DNA from: Octopus sinensis
Lineage: Eukaryota
Assembly (NCBI RefSeq): GCF_006345805.1
Contig: NC_043006.1
Location: forward strand, 102,548,001 to 102,612,000
DNA length: 64,000 bases
Direction: 5' to 3'
Each line of letters opens with the position of its first letter. The first letter of the stretch is position 1. The notes below the pieces were generated by a model that was not told where the DNA came from, did not search any database, and saw nothing but the letters and a program-made list of their open reading frames with translations. Of the stretch, positions 47,200-61,519 are shown piece after piece. The position numbers and the translations under genes are program-made.

Positions 47200-49250
47200 A
47201 TTTCTTATATATTTTATCCTCTCTCAGGTAGTGAAACAAATACGCAACACTGCTTTTCGAACATGTAGCGGTGGTCGACTTTATTGAAATTGTTTCTGGA
47301 AAAGAATTGCCAATGTCTCGTAGTCATCCAAAATTGAGTTGAACGTGTGCGTTTCAGAAATGCTGGTTTCGGTAATGGCTACCACATCTACGTCTAATGA
47401 TCTGAGGTCGTTGATTAAGAGTTAGTTGTCGGAGCACTGCATCCTTCAAAACTTCCATGCTTCCTGAGATTCGCCATCACTACATCTGATTTTCTCCCCT
47501 CCATACACACACAAGCATGTATCTAACTCATACATTGTTCGCTTTCCAGACATTTGTACATTACTGCATACACTTTATACGCACTTTCTGACAAGTTGTG
47601 GTGCACCTGAGCACTGTATACAATAATTTCATTATTATTATTATTATTATTATTATTTATTTAAGTGACCCTACTTTCAAGCTGACCCCAGCTGACACGG
47701 ACATTTATGCATTCTACTCAGAGTTACACCACGTCAAAGCAGATGGATGTCACTCACCTTCATCATCGAGAATGGGGCGTGGTCTATGTTGTTTTCTAGG
47801 CGGATGTCCTTTAAAAGGCCCTTGTAATTAATGTCTTGATTAGTTTTTGCTAATAATCTCAAGATTCCCTGGGAAATTGCTCAAGAGAGCGCGATAAATG
47901 TTCTTTGACGATTTTATTAGTGATCTGCCTTTAGGCGTTTGAGGGATGAATATATCAAATTTCTTCCCTTCTGTTACTTCGTCTTTATAATGAGTTTTTT
48001 CAGGCCGTCCTTCAGCTCACTGTTGTTTTTGTTTAAGATGGTGAAGTTGACAATGATTTCTATTTGCGTGTTTCGCTGTGTTATCCAGCATTGTAGCAGG
48101 TTTTGGTTGTTGTTGGAGCTTTGGTTGTGTTATTTTTGTTGTTCTTAATGTTGTTTAATTACATGCTGGTGAGCGACAATTTGTGATGAAGCTATGGTTT
48201 TTCATCCTTTGTTTTTGGACTTTTCTGGTGATCACTTGCTATTCCCTGGGTCCATCCTTTTCCTCGTTATTATCTGACGATCACTTAGGGGTTGAAGACG
48301 AAGACTGATTTTTGTGTATGTCTGCATTTTGAGTCTTGTTTTCTGCAGTCCTTGATGCTGGTGTTGGAGTCATTGATGTAGCTGCGACGTAGGAAACAAA
48401 ACAATTTTCATTCTTTTTACAAAAAGGACAAAAATCCTTCTGGTGATCAGTGCTTTCACAAGAGTAACATTTGGTTCTCCAACCTTCTACCACAACTCTT
48501 ACGAGATACCCATTCTTCAGGTAAATGTGTTCGAGAATCTTTTGTTAGTTTTCTTGAGTGAGCAGTACCTGTACCTCTATTTTTAGTTGGGCCACCTTTT
48601 TTGTGTGTGGGTCTTCCTCATATTAACATTCTTTTCGTACTTATCTAAAGATATTCTAAAATAATTAAAGTTTATTTCAGGTGGTACATTGTCTAATGTC
48701 GCTTATTCTACCGTTCCAAACTGCCTTCCTCTTCTCAGATGCCATACTGATTCTCACAGATCCTCCCAGCATTTCTCTGCTTGTGTTGTTGTTAGGTTAT
48801 CAACACTTCTTCTTTTTCTGCTAATGCATTTATTGGTGTTGGTTCTTATTTTACCGCTCTTCTCGGAGAAGCACAATTATTTCTGGCCTGACCAGAACCC
48901 CATTTGTCTTTCAATGCTAAATAAACCCACATTTGCATTGCACAAGCAAACAACGGACCTGATTTTGAGTTTGAGTAAACTGATGGCTTGATGTTACTGT
49001 CTTAGATATCATCATTATTGCTTTTCTTGTTGCTTTCGCAAGTGGAGATGATTGCATTAGTTCGGTTGGTTCTATTGTTGTCATGGTCTCACTTCTGTTG
49101 TTGTTTGCATTGACACAGTGGCATATCTTTTTGGTCTTGATTTTTGCTACAGTTAAGTTGCATTCTTTTGTAGCAGGAGGGGTAGTTGATTTGCTGGACG
49201 ACAAAATAGGATTGAATTTAAATAAATGTCCTCTCGTGCTTACTACTTCT
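47200..49250 (-). mobile_element. Tx1/L1-clade LINE 5' portion (ORF1 with CCHC knuckle, start of APE), split by a CR1-like insertion
   Basis: VVEGWRTKCYSCESTDHQKDFCP; SLKVGSLN then, after the insertion, INDLRSLDVDVVAITET; NKVDHRY remnant indicates an internal deletion. Confidence 0.75.
47415..47665 (+). mobile_element. LINE 3' end (CR1-like) with (ATT)n tail
   Basis: VVSCRSTASFKTSML-like terminus, about 150-bp UTR and an ATT tail; it interrupts the Tx1 APE. Confidence 0.55.
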
Positions 49251-49735
49251 TAGAATGAAAAAGATTTAATCCTGTTGGAATATAAGACTAAATATTAAGA
49301 AGTAGAATTTTGGAGGTAAAATTTCGAAAAGAGCTTGTAGCGTATTTCACGCTGAAAACATGAAGACAAATATTTTCACGGATTTTGTGAAATATCTTTC
49401 AACAACTTTAAGAATTTCAAATTTTCAGCAAATTATTTTTAAGGTGTAGTTTTGCATGCTGATGAAAATCATTCATTTTTTTTTTGCTAGAAATTAATTA
49501 TAAAGAAGTTACATCACTATATGAAATTAAAAAAAAAACAACAAAATCTGACGAAAATTTGAAATATTTCAAGTAGTTAGAAGAAATTTAACAAGATCCA
49601 TTTTCACAAGTAATTTCGCAGATGCCCTGACATATGCGGAGGGTGGGTGGGTGAACACGACTGAAAACAATACCTCCGACTTCACTAAGGCGGAGGTAAA
49701 ATAATAATAATAAAAATATTAATAATAATAAAAAT

Positions 49736-49796
<61 letters not shown>

Positions 49797-49803
49797 GTAA
49801 TGA

Positions 49804-50681
49804 CAGCAAAAAGTCAACCATTTGTTATTCATGTATGACCTCAAACTTTATGGTAAAGATGAAGCCCAAGTCAGTTCTCTCGTTGATACGGTGCTGATAT
49901 CAGAATGGAGTTCCGACTGAGAAAGTGTGGTGTGTTAGTCTTGAAGAGAGGCAAAATCAAATGTATGGACAGTCTAACGATACCATCGGGGGCAGTTATG
50001 AAGCAGATAGAAGAGACAAGATATAAGTACTTGGGGATTTTGGAAATGGATAAATTGATGGAGAAAGAAATGACAGAAAAATTTGAGGTGGAGTACTTGC
50101 ACAGACTGATCCTGAAGTCGAAACTAAACGGACGGAATACGATTGACACTATCAACACCTGGGCAGTTTCACTCCTTAGATATGGAGCAGGTGTAATCGC
50201 ATGGACAGTAGGGGAATTAAACAACTTGGACAAAAAAGACGTGGAAGTTGCTAACTAGATATGGGTCTCTCCACCCAAAACGTGACACAGACAGACTGTA
50301 TGTACCAAGAAAAAGAGGGGGAAGAGGACTTATTGGATGCGAACACAGCATTAGAGCAGAAGAAAACAACATAGCATGGTATGTAAAAAATGCCACAGAA
50401 CCGCTATTGTTAGAAGTAGGAAGGTCAGGCTTGTGTAAGATGAAAGATTGCAAAAATAAAGCACTATACAAGAAATTGAAAACAAATGAAACTGAAAATA
50501 GGTGGGCAAAGAAAAGAATGCATGATCAATTTCATAGGAATGTTGAAGATAAGACAGACAGAGAAAAAAGATGGCTGTGGATGACTAAAACTGATTTAAA
50601 ACCGGAAACGGAGGCTCTAATCTGTGCTGCCCAAGAGCAAGCACTAAGAACAAACTACATAAAATACAGAATAGACAACAC
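49804..50681 (+). mobile_element. Second copy of R4/Dong family B (internal fragment)
   Basis: Nearly collinear with the reverse complement of about 3510-4392; begins right after the (AAT)n tract at 49712-49800; cut off by a foldback element. Confidence 0.92.
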
Positions 50682-50685
50682 TTCT

Positions 50686-50912
50686 TAATAACAGATATAG
50701 TTTATGTCGTACTAATTACATTGATTATCTGCTTTCTCATGCTTGCAAACCCTTACTTAAATAACTAGAAATATAATTACTTGAAAATTTTATATATATG
50801 TAGATATCAAATTATTTACTCCACTGATAATTAAAAGATGCATACAAATGCGCTCGCACACATATATACATGTACACATGTACATATACACACATACAAG
50901 CACACAAATATA

Positions 50913-50944
<32 letters not shown>

Positions 50945-51096
50945 CGTATATTACCCAATCGTGTAACTATTTCAAAATCAACACATTTATACAAGGTTTT
51001 AAATAATTATATTTACAGTTATTGATTAATGATCTGTAAGCATGCGAAAGGAGATAATCAATACAATTAGTACGACTTGATCCGTATCTGTTATTA
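50686..51096. mobile_element. Foldback element with about 62-bp TIRs and a microsatellite core
   Basis: taataacagata..gtcgtactaatt..attgattatct..catgctt is mirrored at 51035-51096; TTAA at both ends. Confidence 0.75.
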
Positions 51097-51539
51097 ATCG
51101 ATTAAATTTCAACCATAAATAACATTCTTTAATAAAGATTATTCCAAGTCCTAATCAACATTCTGATAACGTTGTTTAAAAGTTAATAACAGATTAGCGA
51201 GCGATTAGGTAGGTCTATCTTGGTTTTACCATAAAAATGATTATGAAGCGCTTAAAAGTAATATCTTCGCAATTTGGAGGAACGGTTTCAAATAGCATAG
51301 AAGAGAGAGAATAATATATTTTCTCATTGTTACACATTTTTTCTTGTTTATAGTTCTAAAATATTAAATTTGTATGCTCTATAAATCGAATTGTTAATTT
51401 TTACAATGTCTGGAAACGTCTGCTAAATTTTTGAAGATATGATTCATTTAAATGTGAAGTTTAATTACGTATGTATATACTGTTTCTTGATATGAATACA
51501 TAAATACCGTTGCTTGATATACTTGCACAACAGCCAATA

Positions 51540-51705
51540 TAGGCGCAGGAGTGGCTGTGTGGTAAGTAGCTTGTTTACCAACCACATGGTTCCGGGTTCA
51601 GTCCCACTGTGTGGCATCTTGGGCAAGTGTCTTCTACTATAGCCTCGGCCCACCAAAGCCTTGTGAGTGGATTTGGTAGACGGAAACTGAAAGAAGCCCC
51701 GCGTA

Positions 51706-51750
<45 letters not shown>

Positions 51751-51960
51751 ATGTTTGTGTGTCTGTGTTTGTCCCCCTAGCATTGCTTGACAACCGATGC
51801 TGGTGTGTCTATGTCCCCGTTACTTAGCGGTTCGGCAAAAGAGACCGATAGAATAATTACCGGGCTTACAAAGAATAAGTCCTGGGGTCGAGTTGCTCGA
51901 CTAAAGGCAGTGCTCCAGCATGGCCGCAGTCAACGGACTGAAACAAGTAAAAGAGTAAAG
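51540..51960 (+). mobile_element. tRNA-derived SINE family B with central microsatellite (others near 8100, 8585, 9890, 17003, 20045, 24780, 27945, 33470, 58495)
   Basis: Head ggcgcaggagtggctgtgtggtaag...ggttcagtccc, ggcatcttgggcaagtgtcttct, internal (TA)n/(TG)n, tail ccagcatggccgcagtcaa..gactgaaacaagtaaaaga. Confidence 0.9.
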
Positions 51961-52399
51961 AGTAATATCAAGTTGCCTGATATGTCTCTCGAGAAAAGTT
52001 GTGAAAATTACAATATTCTATCTAGTGATTTTGATCCAAAGAAGAATTGCGACACACTTTCTCTGATGAGGGACAATTATCCCGGAATAAATCTATAAAA
52101 AACAACAACAACAACAACAAAACAGCCGAAGCAGCCATGCCACTCACATACGAGTCACAAAAAGAAACAATGAATAAAAGGTTCGAATTGAGAAATAAAC
52201 GACCTCGAATAAATGGGTTTTAGATATGAAATGGCTGATGGAGAAAAAGTCAACCTGGCAGAGATGTGTAACAAGGGAAGGTGCACCAATACCGCAGCCT
52301 CTTATGGAAAAAATAAAAAAAGAAAAGCCAGTATATATATATATATCTGAATTTCGAAAGCCACAGAGATTTCTTTCTTGCCTATGAAAATCTAGCTGC

Positions 52400-53900
52400 A
52401 GGCAGCCCTTGTCTATGTAACATTTCCGCTATCGGCTGCGGTAGATACACAGAATTATTGGCGTAATGTCTAAACCAAATGAGTCGATAAAGAAGGCTGA
52501 GCTAGAGTGTCTAGAGATACTCGTACCACAGTAATCGGGGTGGCGCAACACAAAGGTTACAGTAAAGGATAGTGGAAAGATGATCACTCCTGTTTCATCG
52601 TTACTTTTGTGATACATTACGAGTAGACATCAATCACCAAAATAACCAAACTATCTTGTCGGGTGGAGTCATAATGGATATCTTTATATATAAAAGAGAG
52701 GTTGTGTGCTGTCTGTCTCCTACGATTTAGTTTCCTAACTACTCCCACATTTTGCGGTGCAGTTTAACCAAAACCGGGTATCTTATAGTCGTGATTCATA
52801 TCGAGCCCTTCTGGGTATTAGCGCGCGTCTACGATGAGTCTACGATTTAAAAAAAAATTTACCATCAATTTTTCACATTTTTAATGCATTTTTGGTATAT
52901 ATAAGGGAAGTAACTCTCTAAAAATTTATTATTAAATCTCAGAACGTAAAAAGCTACAGTAACACCCCCCCCACTTTGTGGTTAGCCATATTGAGATGGC
53001 TATTATACTTTACATCTCTAAAAATGCTTATATAGTTATTTCCCTTACAAACCCGAGCAACGCCGGGCGATACTGCTAGTACTGTATATAATGTTCCACA
53101 AAGACCATAAGAGAAATTCAAGAGCTCTGCCTCGTATTGGGTGGTGAAAGAAAAGCTTCGAGTCTCCTCGTGCAGCATTGAAAGCTCAGCTACTACACGT
53201 ATGGCAGTATGAGCCTCTTGAAGCTTTTCTACCTCGTGGAAAGCCAAAGACAAAAAAGAGAACACCAGAGGCTGCAGTATCAGCACTAGTAGTGACAGCA
53301 ACCACAGCATGATATAGCGATTAGTATTCTAAGGGCACCAAATCCGGAAACGATGGTAAAAATCATTTAATTCTCAGTTCGAAGAGTCGTCAAACTGGAA
53401 ACTGATTAGGAAGTCAACGACCAAAAGAAGCGGAGGCCAACAACCCCAAAATGTGGATGCTCCTACCCTTCCATTGGTAATACTCCATCCTTTTTCGACA
53501 AAAAGCAAATATGGAGGGTGGATAGGAGAGACAAACTCTGGCGGAGAGTAAAACAAGAAAGAAAAAAGGAAATTACAGAAGAAAGCCAATGACCACCCAC
53601 CCCCACAAAAAAAAGAAAAAGGCACTGCTATCCGTGGCTCGACCTGAGGTTTACGAGCCAGAAAATAAGCCAAGCGGCCCTGGAATCAACGGTGTGCGTT
53701 CTGAAGCGCAATAATGACGACCTTACGGCGTTCGAGAAGGAGAAAAATGGTGAAGGACTTCAAAAGCGATCCAAACGATAGAAGATTGCTGAAGATCACA
53801 CCAATGGTTGGTTAACTCATAAACAGATATTCTCAGGGGATGTTTAATATTTTTCTTTTCTCCAACGCAGAAATTCCTCGCAGGTGCCCTTGGATGCAGG
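52400..53900 (+). mobile_element. Probable decayed Tx1-like ORF1 region, interrupted by the Helitron at 52681-53079
   Basis: Degenerate knuckle-like segment and basic low-complexity linker; weak. Confidence 0.35.
52681..53079 (+). mobile_element. Non-autonomous Helitron, 399 bp, intact termini
   Basis: A|TCTTTATATATAAAAG...cccgagcaacgccgggcgatactgCTAG|T; no TSD; same family as 6399-6794. Confidence 0.9.
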
Positions 53901-54310
53901 AAGTTCTAAAATGAGGACTGGATGGTTGCTAAAATAGTGGGGGTAACCTGACCCAACGTAGTTGGTGGTTTCTCAATCGTGCGCATGTGTAGTTTATCAT
54001 TTGTTTTTGTTTGTGTGTGTGCTTCCTTAAATTATATCTCTTTTTGCAGATATACCTTTAATTGTTTTCTGTAATAATGATTTTGTACTGTGTGCAATTA
54101 AAAAACATTTTAACAAGTCTTAATAAAAATTAGCATGTATGTGTTGGTGTACATGAGCCCACACACAGATGTATATATACATATATATATACATGTATAC
54201 ATACATATATATATATATACACATGTATATATACATACATATATATATATATACATACACATATATATACATGTATATATACATATATATATACATATAT
54301 ACATGTATAT

Positions 54311-54363
<53 letters not shown>

Positions 54364-54547
54364 ATACATGTATATATACATACATATGTGCGTTACGTAA
54401 CATCTTTCTCCACCAATTTTTCTATAGATTTGTTGTGTTCGTCCTCATATATTTTGTAACAACTTTGTGTGTGTTATATTGTATTTATTATATGCCCTGG
54501 CAGCATTAACAAAAAGGTGATAACAGACAAAGAAGAAGCAGTGGAGC

Positions 54548-54789
54548 GATGATTGTGAAAGTGAGGATGATAATGATGACAATATTGACGAAGATGAAGA
54601 CGACGATGGTGACATTGGTGATGATGATGATGCTGCTGATGACGACGACGACGATGATGTTGATAAAGACGACAATGGCAGCGATGACGATGATGCGGAC
54701 GACGGTGAAGACAATCGTGATGACGATGCTGTTACAGATGATGATAACAATGACGACGACGACGACGATGACGATGATGATGATGATGT

Positions 54790-54824
<35 letters not shown>

Positions 54825-54970
54825 TTGATGATGATGATGATGACGATGATAGTAATGATGATGTTGATGATGATGATGTTGATGATGATGATGATGTTGA
54901 TGATGATGATGATGATGACGATGATAATGATGATGATGTTGATGATGATGATGTTGATGATGATGATGAT
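54548..54970 (+). repeat. (GAT/GAC/GTT)n trinucleotide tract
   Basis: Direct reading. Confidence 0.95.
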
Positions 54971-55025
54971 GGAAAAAGAAATCGAGAATAAAAAAGTATA
55001 TATATATATATATATATAGATAGAT

Positions 55026-55107
<82 letters not shown>

Positions 55108-55265
55108 ATAAAAGGGTGTAAGAGGAAAGAAAAAATAAGAGAAAACTGTTTTTAATTAAGAATCTATATTGCTATGTCCTGAAGCTTTACATAGTTTCCA
55201 GAAATTGTTTGTTATCTTACAGGGCTATCTATTTACAGGTTGCTATATATATACATACATATATG

Positions 55266-55320
<55 letters not shown>

Positions 55321-55550
55321 TACACACACACATATATATGTATATATATATATGTCAAAGTTATCAAAGTTATATATATATATATATATATATTTGTACA
55401 CATATGAGTATTTATATATACACATATGTATATATAGACATATATGCATTACATATATATATATGCATACACACACATTCTTATATATTCTTCATATGTA
55501 TATATGTACGTGTATATGTATATGCATGAATGTATGTGTGTATATGTATA

Positions 55551-55587
<37 letters not shown>

Positions 55588-56106
55588 ATATATATAATAT
55601 ACACTCACACACACCTATACATATACACACGTATACACATGTGTGTACACTGTTGTGGTTAGTTAGTTGTTTAGATCAGTTTTAGATTAATTTAGCTTTG
55701 TTTTGCTGGGAATAAATTGTCTTTGTGCTTCCCATGTTGCTTGTGAGTTGCGCAAGAAAATCTCTTCACTTCCACACTTTGACACGTTTTACATAACATA
55801 TCTATCTCGTGGTCACAAGGAAACAGCAACAGAAAACAAGGAAAGGCTGTGAAACCTACCTCCATCTCTCTCCCTCTCGCCCCCCCCTCTCTCTCTTCTC
55901 CACACACACACAGAGGCACATATACTGCATATATACTTTTCGTACCTATCCATCCCAAAGTACCTATCTACGTATCTGTCTGTCGCTGTCTCTGTCTGTC
56001 TGTCTGTCTGTCTGTCTCTGTCTCTCTCTCTGTCTGTCTCTCTCTCTCTCTCTCTCAATTAATCTATCTGTCTGTCTACCTACCTACCTGTCTGTCTATC
56101 TATCAA

Positions 56107-56205
<99 letters not shown>

Positions 56206-56283
56206 GACAGTCTATTTATCTATCTTCTTCTATTCTAACGTCTCTAACAATCAGGTACCCTTTCCATATTCTTCCATCTAGCC

Positions 56284-56558
56284 AAGTGGTTCTCAAAGTA
56301 GGCAGCATTACCCACCCCCTGGAGCGGTGGAAAGTTCCAAGGCGGCATTGAAGAAAAGTGGGGTGATGATGGGGTAGCGATTCATATAAAAGCAACAAAA
56401 TAATGGGTTCATTAAGTTAAGTTTTATTTGTGAAATCCAGTTGCCTTGAATTTGCTTTAGAAAGAGGTCTATGTTTGCGATGGTTAGTTGGATGGGGGTA
56501 GTAGGAATGTGGCCTGGGTGTCAAAGGGGCGCAGCCCGAAAAAGCTTGGAAACCACTG
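56284..56558. mobile_element. hAT (Charlie-like) MITE, 275 bp
   Basis: TIR (c/a)agtggtt / aaccactg; perfect 8-bp TSD atctagcc at 56276-56283 and 56559-56566. Confidence 0.85.
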
Positions 56559-58659
56559 ATCTAGCCAATGGTGTTGATATTTATCTTTGACAGTGACAAG
56601 CGCGGTAGAAGAGAAACCACGGAAATATGCGCGGTGTGGCTCGGTGGTTAAGAAGTTCCTTTCATTCCCGCGTATTTTCAGTGTTCAATCGCGCTACGAG
56701 GCATTTTGGGCAAGTGATTTTTTTATATCCTTGGGTTAACTAATACTATGTGAGTTTGAAAGTTCAATTTGGCTGATAGAGCTGTGCAGAAGTTCAATAC
56801 ACACACACACACATACATATATATATGTATGTATTTAAGCGAAGTGAGATTTCTTGGAGATTTCTGGTTGAGCGGGCTCTGAGAAATAATAACAAAATCT
56901 CCCCAATTCACACGCTGCTGTTTTAAAAAGGACAAAACCCATTGGATAGTGTAGTCATAGAAATAAAAAGAGAAGGGCTGAGATTGAGATGGGGATGGAG
57001 TAATTGGAAGAGCCGTTAGAGCATCTGATATATTCCGACTTACTGCGCTCCAGGTTCGAATCTATCAGAGGTCAACTTTACCTTTTACCCTTCTGGGATC
57101 TATAAACAATAGCAATCAAGTTAGTTAGCAAAAACATTAGAACGTTGAATCGGATACCTTAGAATATTTGCTCCAGTATTTTGAGATCTGAGTTCAAATC
57201 CTTCCATAGCTTCTCGAGTGGTAGATTTAATCCGTAATATGGTTTAACTACTAACCGTCTGGTACTTTGGGTGTCTTTAGCGGAGTCCACTCTGTTGCAA
57301 GAATCCAGGCCAGGTCCCCGATTTGAAGATACTCCCATACTTCTCTCTTAACAGTTTCGGTGGCCCTGCAAAGAGGCCATGAGCATTGCCTTCCTTTTTG
57401 AGTAAAGTATATAAAAAAAATAACAACAACTCAAATTCGAAACTGTGTCGTTCCCTCGGCTTACAATAACCGAAAATTAAGTGATAATATTGATGTTAAA
57501 TTTCGGCATTAAGTCAGCAATTTCGGGGTAAGGTGTTAGTTGATTACATCGACCCCAGTGCTCAACTGGTACTTGGTTTATCAACCCTGAAAGGACGAAT
57601 AGCAAATCAAACTCGGCAGAATTGAATTTGATCTCAGATCGTAAAGATGGACAAAATGCCGCTAAGCATTTTGCCCGCTGTGCTAACGATTCTATTTCTT
57701 TACTACCCACAAGGGGCTAAACACAGAGAGGACAAACAAGGACAGACAAACGGATTAAGTCGATTATATCGACCCCAGTGCGTAACTGGTACTTAATTTA
57801 TCGACTCCGAAGGGATGAAAGGCAAAATCGTCCTCGGCGGAATTTGAACTCAGAACGCAACGGCAGATGAAATACGGCTACGCATTTCGCCCGGTGTGTT
57901 AACGATTCTGCCAGCTTTCAACCTTTATTAAGTGATAAAATTGGTTTATTTTATACAGGCATGTCACAACATTTATAAAGGGAGACAAATGAGATTGGTA
58001 GAAAGTTCATTAGCAAAATAATAGGAGAGTAATGAAATGATTTCATGTGTAGAACCCTAATCCAAACTGCTTTACGAGCTCAGATTACAAGATCTCTTTC
58101 ATGCCCGACGCTACTATGTTACTGTTTAATTATATGGTATTACAAAAATAGTGCGAGAACCGAATTAGCCTAGTTAGTTTAGTGTCGTCTGTCAACAGGT
58201 AAAATCAATATTGCATCTCATGACAGGTAAGAGAAAGGATAAACTATGTGTGTATGCATTTTCCAGCGATTCACTCCAGGACTTTGAGTTTTTTTTTAGA
58301 TCAGTCGGTTACATCGAGCTTGGCTCTTGACTAGAACTCCGTTTAATTGAGTGGAGGAAAGCAAAGCTGAGCTCAGCAGCATTTGAACTCAGTGCACCTT
58401 GGCCAGAAGAGATATCTAAGTGCCGCAAGGCATTTCGTCTGACGCTCTAATGATTTTGCCAAAATAATAATTTTCATCTTATTTATAAGGGCCATACCAG
58501 TGGCTGTGTGGTAAGTAGCTAGCTTACCAACCACATGGTTCCGGGTTCAGTCCCACTGCGTGGCACCTTGGGCAAGTGTCTTCTACTATAGCCTCGGGCC
58601 GACCAAAGCCTTGTGAGTGGATTTGGTAGACGGAAACTGAAAGAAGCACGTCGTATATA

Positions 58660-58713
<54 letters not shown>

Positions 58714-58926
58714 CATGTTTGTGTGTCTGTGTTTGTCCCCCCAACATCGCTTGACAACCGATGCTGGTGTGTTTACGTCCCCGTTCGGCAAAATTGACCG
58801 ATAGAATAAGTACTGGGTTTACAAAAATAAGTCCCGGGGTCGATTTGCTCGACTAAAGGCGGTGCTCCAGCATGACCACAGTCAAATGACTGAAGCAAGT
58901 AAAAGAATATATATAATATATATATA

Positions 58927-59139
58927 AAAGTCCAAATTTAGGGAATGGGGTAGATATAATCTGGGCTACATATGTTTCCTAGCAAGCAGAACCTCGAAAG
59001 CAGTAACTACCCTAACGCGGGGTAATCCGTTAGCTACACATCCGGCTAGTGATGAATAACTAATGAAGTACCCCTACTTCCGAGGTTCTGCCAGCTAGAA
59101 AACATGTATTCTAAATTTGATCTACCCCATTTAGACTTT
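58927..59139. mobile_element. Foldback element with about 70-bp imperfect TIRs
   Basis: aatggggtagat..ctagc..gcagaacctcg is mirrored by cgaggttctgc..gctag..atctaccccatt. Confidence 0.7.
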
Positions 59140-59348
59140 CATTCGCATACACAGTAACCTCAGTTGCAAATCGTGAACCACAAAACTTCTTTTTCAGCTT
59201 ATGGAATTTTGATATGAGAAAAATTGACAACCTCCAATATAAATAAGCCACTATTGTCCCTGAAAGTTATTTTTTATATCTTTTACGGACAGCTCGGAGT
59301 TTACTAACTTCATACACCTTGACTCTTGGATTTCATACACACACATAC

Positions 59349-59383
<35 letters not shown>

Positions 59384-59402
59384 ACATAGACACACACACA
59401 CA

Positions 59403-59518
<116 letters not shown>

Positions 59519-60894
59519 CATACATACACGCACATGCATACGCACATATATAACAGAAAACGAAGACTGAAGCAAAGTCAGTACATGAAATATTAATACA
59601 AATGGATAAATTTTGCAAAATAAATATGTACGTACTTATATAAATATACGTAAATAAATTTGCAAAACTATATGCACACAGAACACCCACACTTATGTAT
59701 AATATACGCAAATCTTGTTTCATATTGATGACAGATGTCGTAGACATAGAATAAATATACACCCATTGAACTGAGTCGACCACCTGCTTACAACTTTTCT
59801 TTATTGAAGTCAACTTCTCTAACTACTACTACTGCTACTGCTGCTGCTACTACTACTACTACTACTACTAACTACTACTACTACTAAAAGCAAACGAACG
59901 TTAGGTTAGTTAAAATATGTTTGTGACATTTTATCTTCTAAAAGTAAATTTACTGTAGTTACTATGGGGAAAATACTCTTTTATGGTAAAAGGTGTAAAA
60001 ACACTGTAACTGTCTAGTGCCTCCTTCTAGCGTATTCCAAGACACGCATTTCTGGCTCTCTTGCGTTCCTCAATGGGAAATATCGAAGGGAGATAACCGT
60101 GAGCAGATTCAAAGCCACAGCATTAGCTAAAACCAATCAACAATGACTGAGGTGCGCTCGGTCAGAATCGAAATAGCAGCACCATTGCCATGCAGAGATA
60201 AAGAATAGACGAACTTTAGGTTGGTTAAAGGATGTTTGTGACATAATTTTAACTTTTAAAGGCAGATTCACTGCAGTTACCGTGGAGAAAAATTCCCTCT
60301 TATATCTATACGCAGTGCATTCCTCTTGCGGATTTTCAGACGCGCATTTCTGGCTCTATAGCCGTCCTCGATGGAAAATACCGAAGGGGTTGAGGACATA
60401 AGTACCAGTTATGCACTGGCATCGATGTAATCGACTATCTCCCGCCCCTAAATTTCGGGCCTTGTGCCCATAGAAGAAAAGACAATAAACCTCTCTGCTG
60501 TAGGTACAAGGACCGACATTTTTGGAGAAGGGGACAGTCAATTACCTGGATCCCAGTGCTTGAGTGGTACTTATTTCATCGAAGGATGAACGGCAAAGTC
60601 GATCTCGGTGGAATTTGAACTCAGAGCATAAAGACGGACGAAATGCCGCTAAGTATTTTGCCCGGTTTGCCAACAATTCTTCACCGCCTGAAGGAAAAAG
60701 GATAATAATATTTTTACATTTTTATTATTATTATTTCGTCATACGAATTTAGGTTACTGAGTAAAAGAATGGAAGAAGTTTACAAATATCCCGCCTCCCA
60801 CCATTTCTTCATCTTCACTTTTCTATTTCCATCTTGCTTTCTTTCTTACTATCTCCGTCTTTCGATTTTTCACTCCCTCCCCCAATTTGATTCT

Positions 60895-60939
60895 TTTTTC
60901 TTTTGCTTGTTCTCTTTCTTTCTTTCTTCCCTTCTTCCC

Positions 60940-60970
<31 letters not shown>

Positions 60971-61346
60971 TTTCTTCCCTTCTTAATGCCCTTCTTTCTT
61001 TCTTTCTTTCTTCTTTCTTTCTTCTTTCTTTCTTCCTCTTTCTTCCCTTCTTTATTCTTCTGTCCTTCTTCTTTCTTCCTTCTTTCTTCTTTCTTTCTTC
61101 TTTCTTCCTTCTTTCTTTCTTTTTTTCTTTCGTCCTTCCTTCTTTCTTTTCTCCCTTCTTTTTTTCTTTTTTTCTTTCTTTCTTTCTTCCTTTTCTTTTT
61201 TTCTTTCTCCTTTCTTTCTTCTTTCTTTCTTCTTTCTTTCTTCTTCTTCCTTCCCCTTCTCTTTCCCTCTTCTTCTTCTTCTCTTCTTTCTTTCTTTCTT
61301 CTCTTCTTTCTTTTTTCCTTCTTTCTCCCTTTTTCTTTCTTCCTTT

Positions 61347-61380
<34 letters not shown>

Positions 61381-61477
61381 TTTCGTCCCTTCTTTCTTTC
61401 TTTCTTTCTTCTTTCTTTCTTTCTTTCTTTTCTCTTCTTTCTTTCTTCCTTTCTTCCTTCTCCCTTCCTTCTTCCCT

Positions 61478-61519
<42 letters not shown>

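Noticed and set aside
49580-49715. Helentron/DINE-like end (TACCTCCG..CGGAGGTA hairpin)
   Set aside because: The matching inverted subterminal repeat was not found; ggaggtaaaa near 49309 is a direct repeat, not inverted
54549-55019. 156-aa Met/Asp-rich ORF and the many YIYI/HTHT ORFs elsewhere
   Set aside because: Translations of (GAT)n, (TA)n, (CA)n and (TACA)n microsatellites
58199-58226. Plus-strand 28-bp microexon candidate
   Set aside because: Isolated, frame-shifting length, no supporting neighbours
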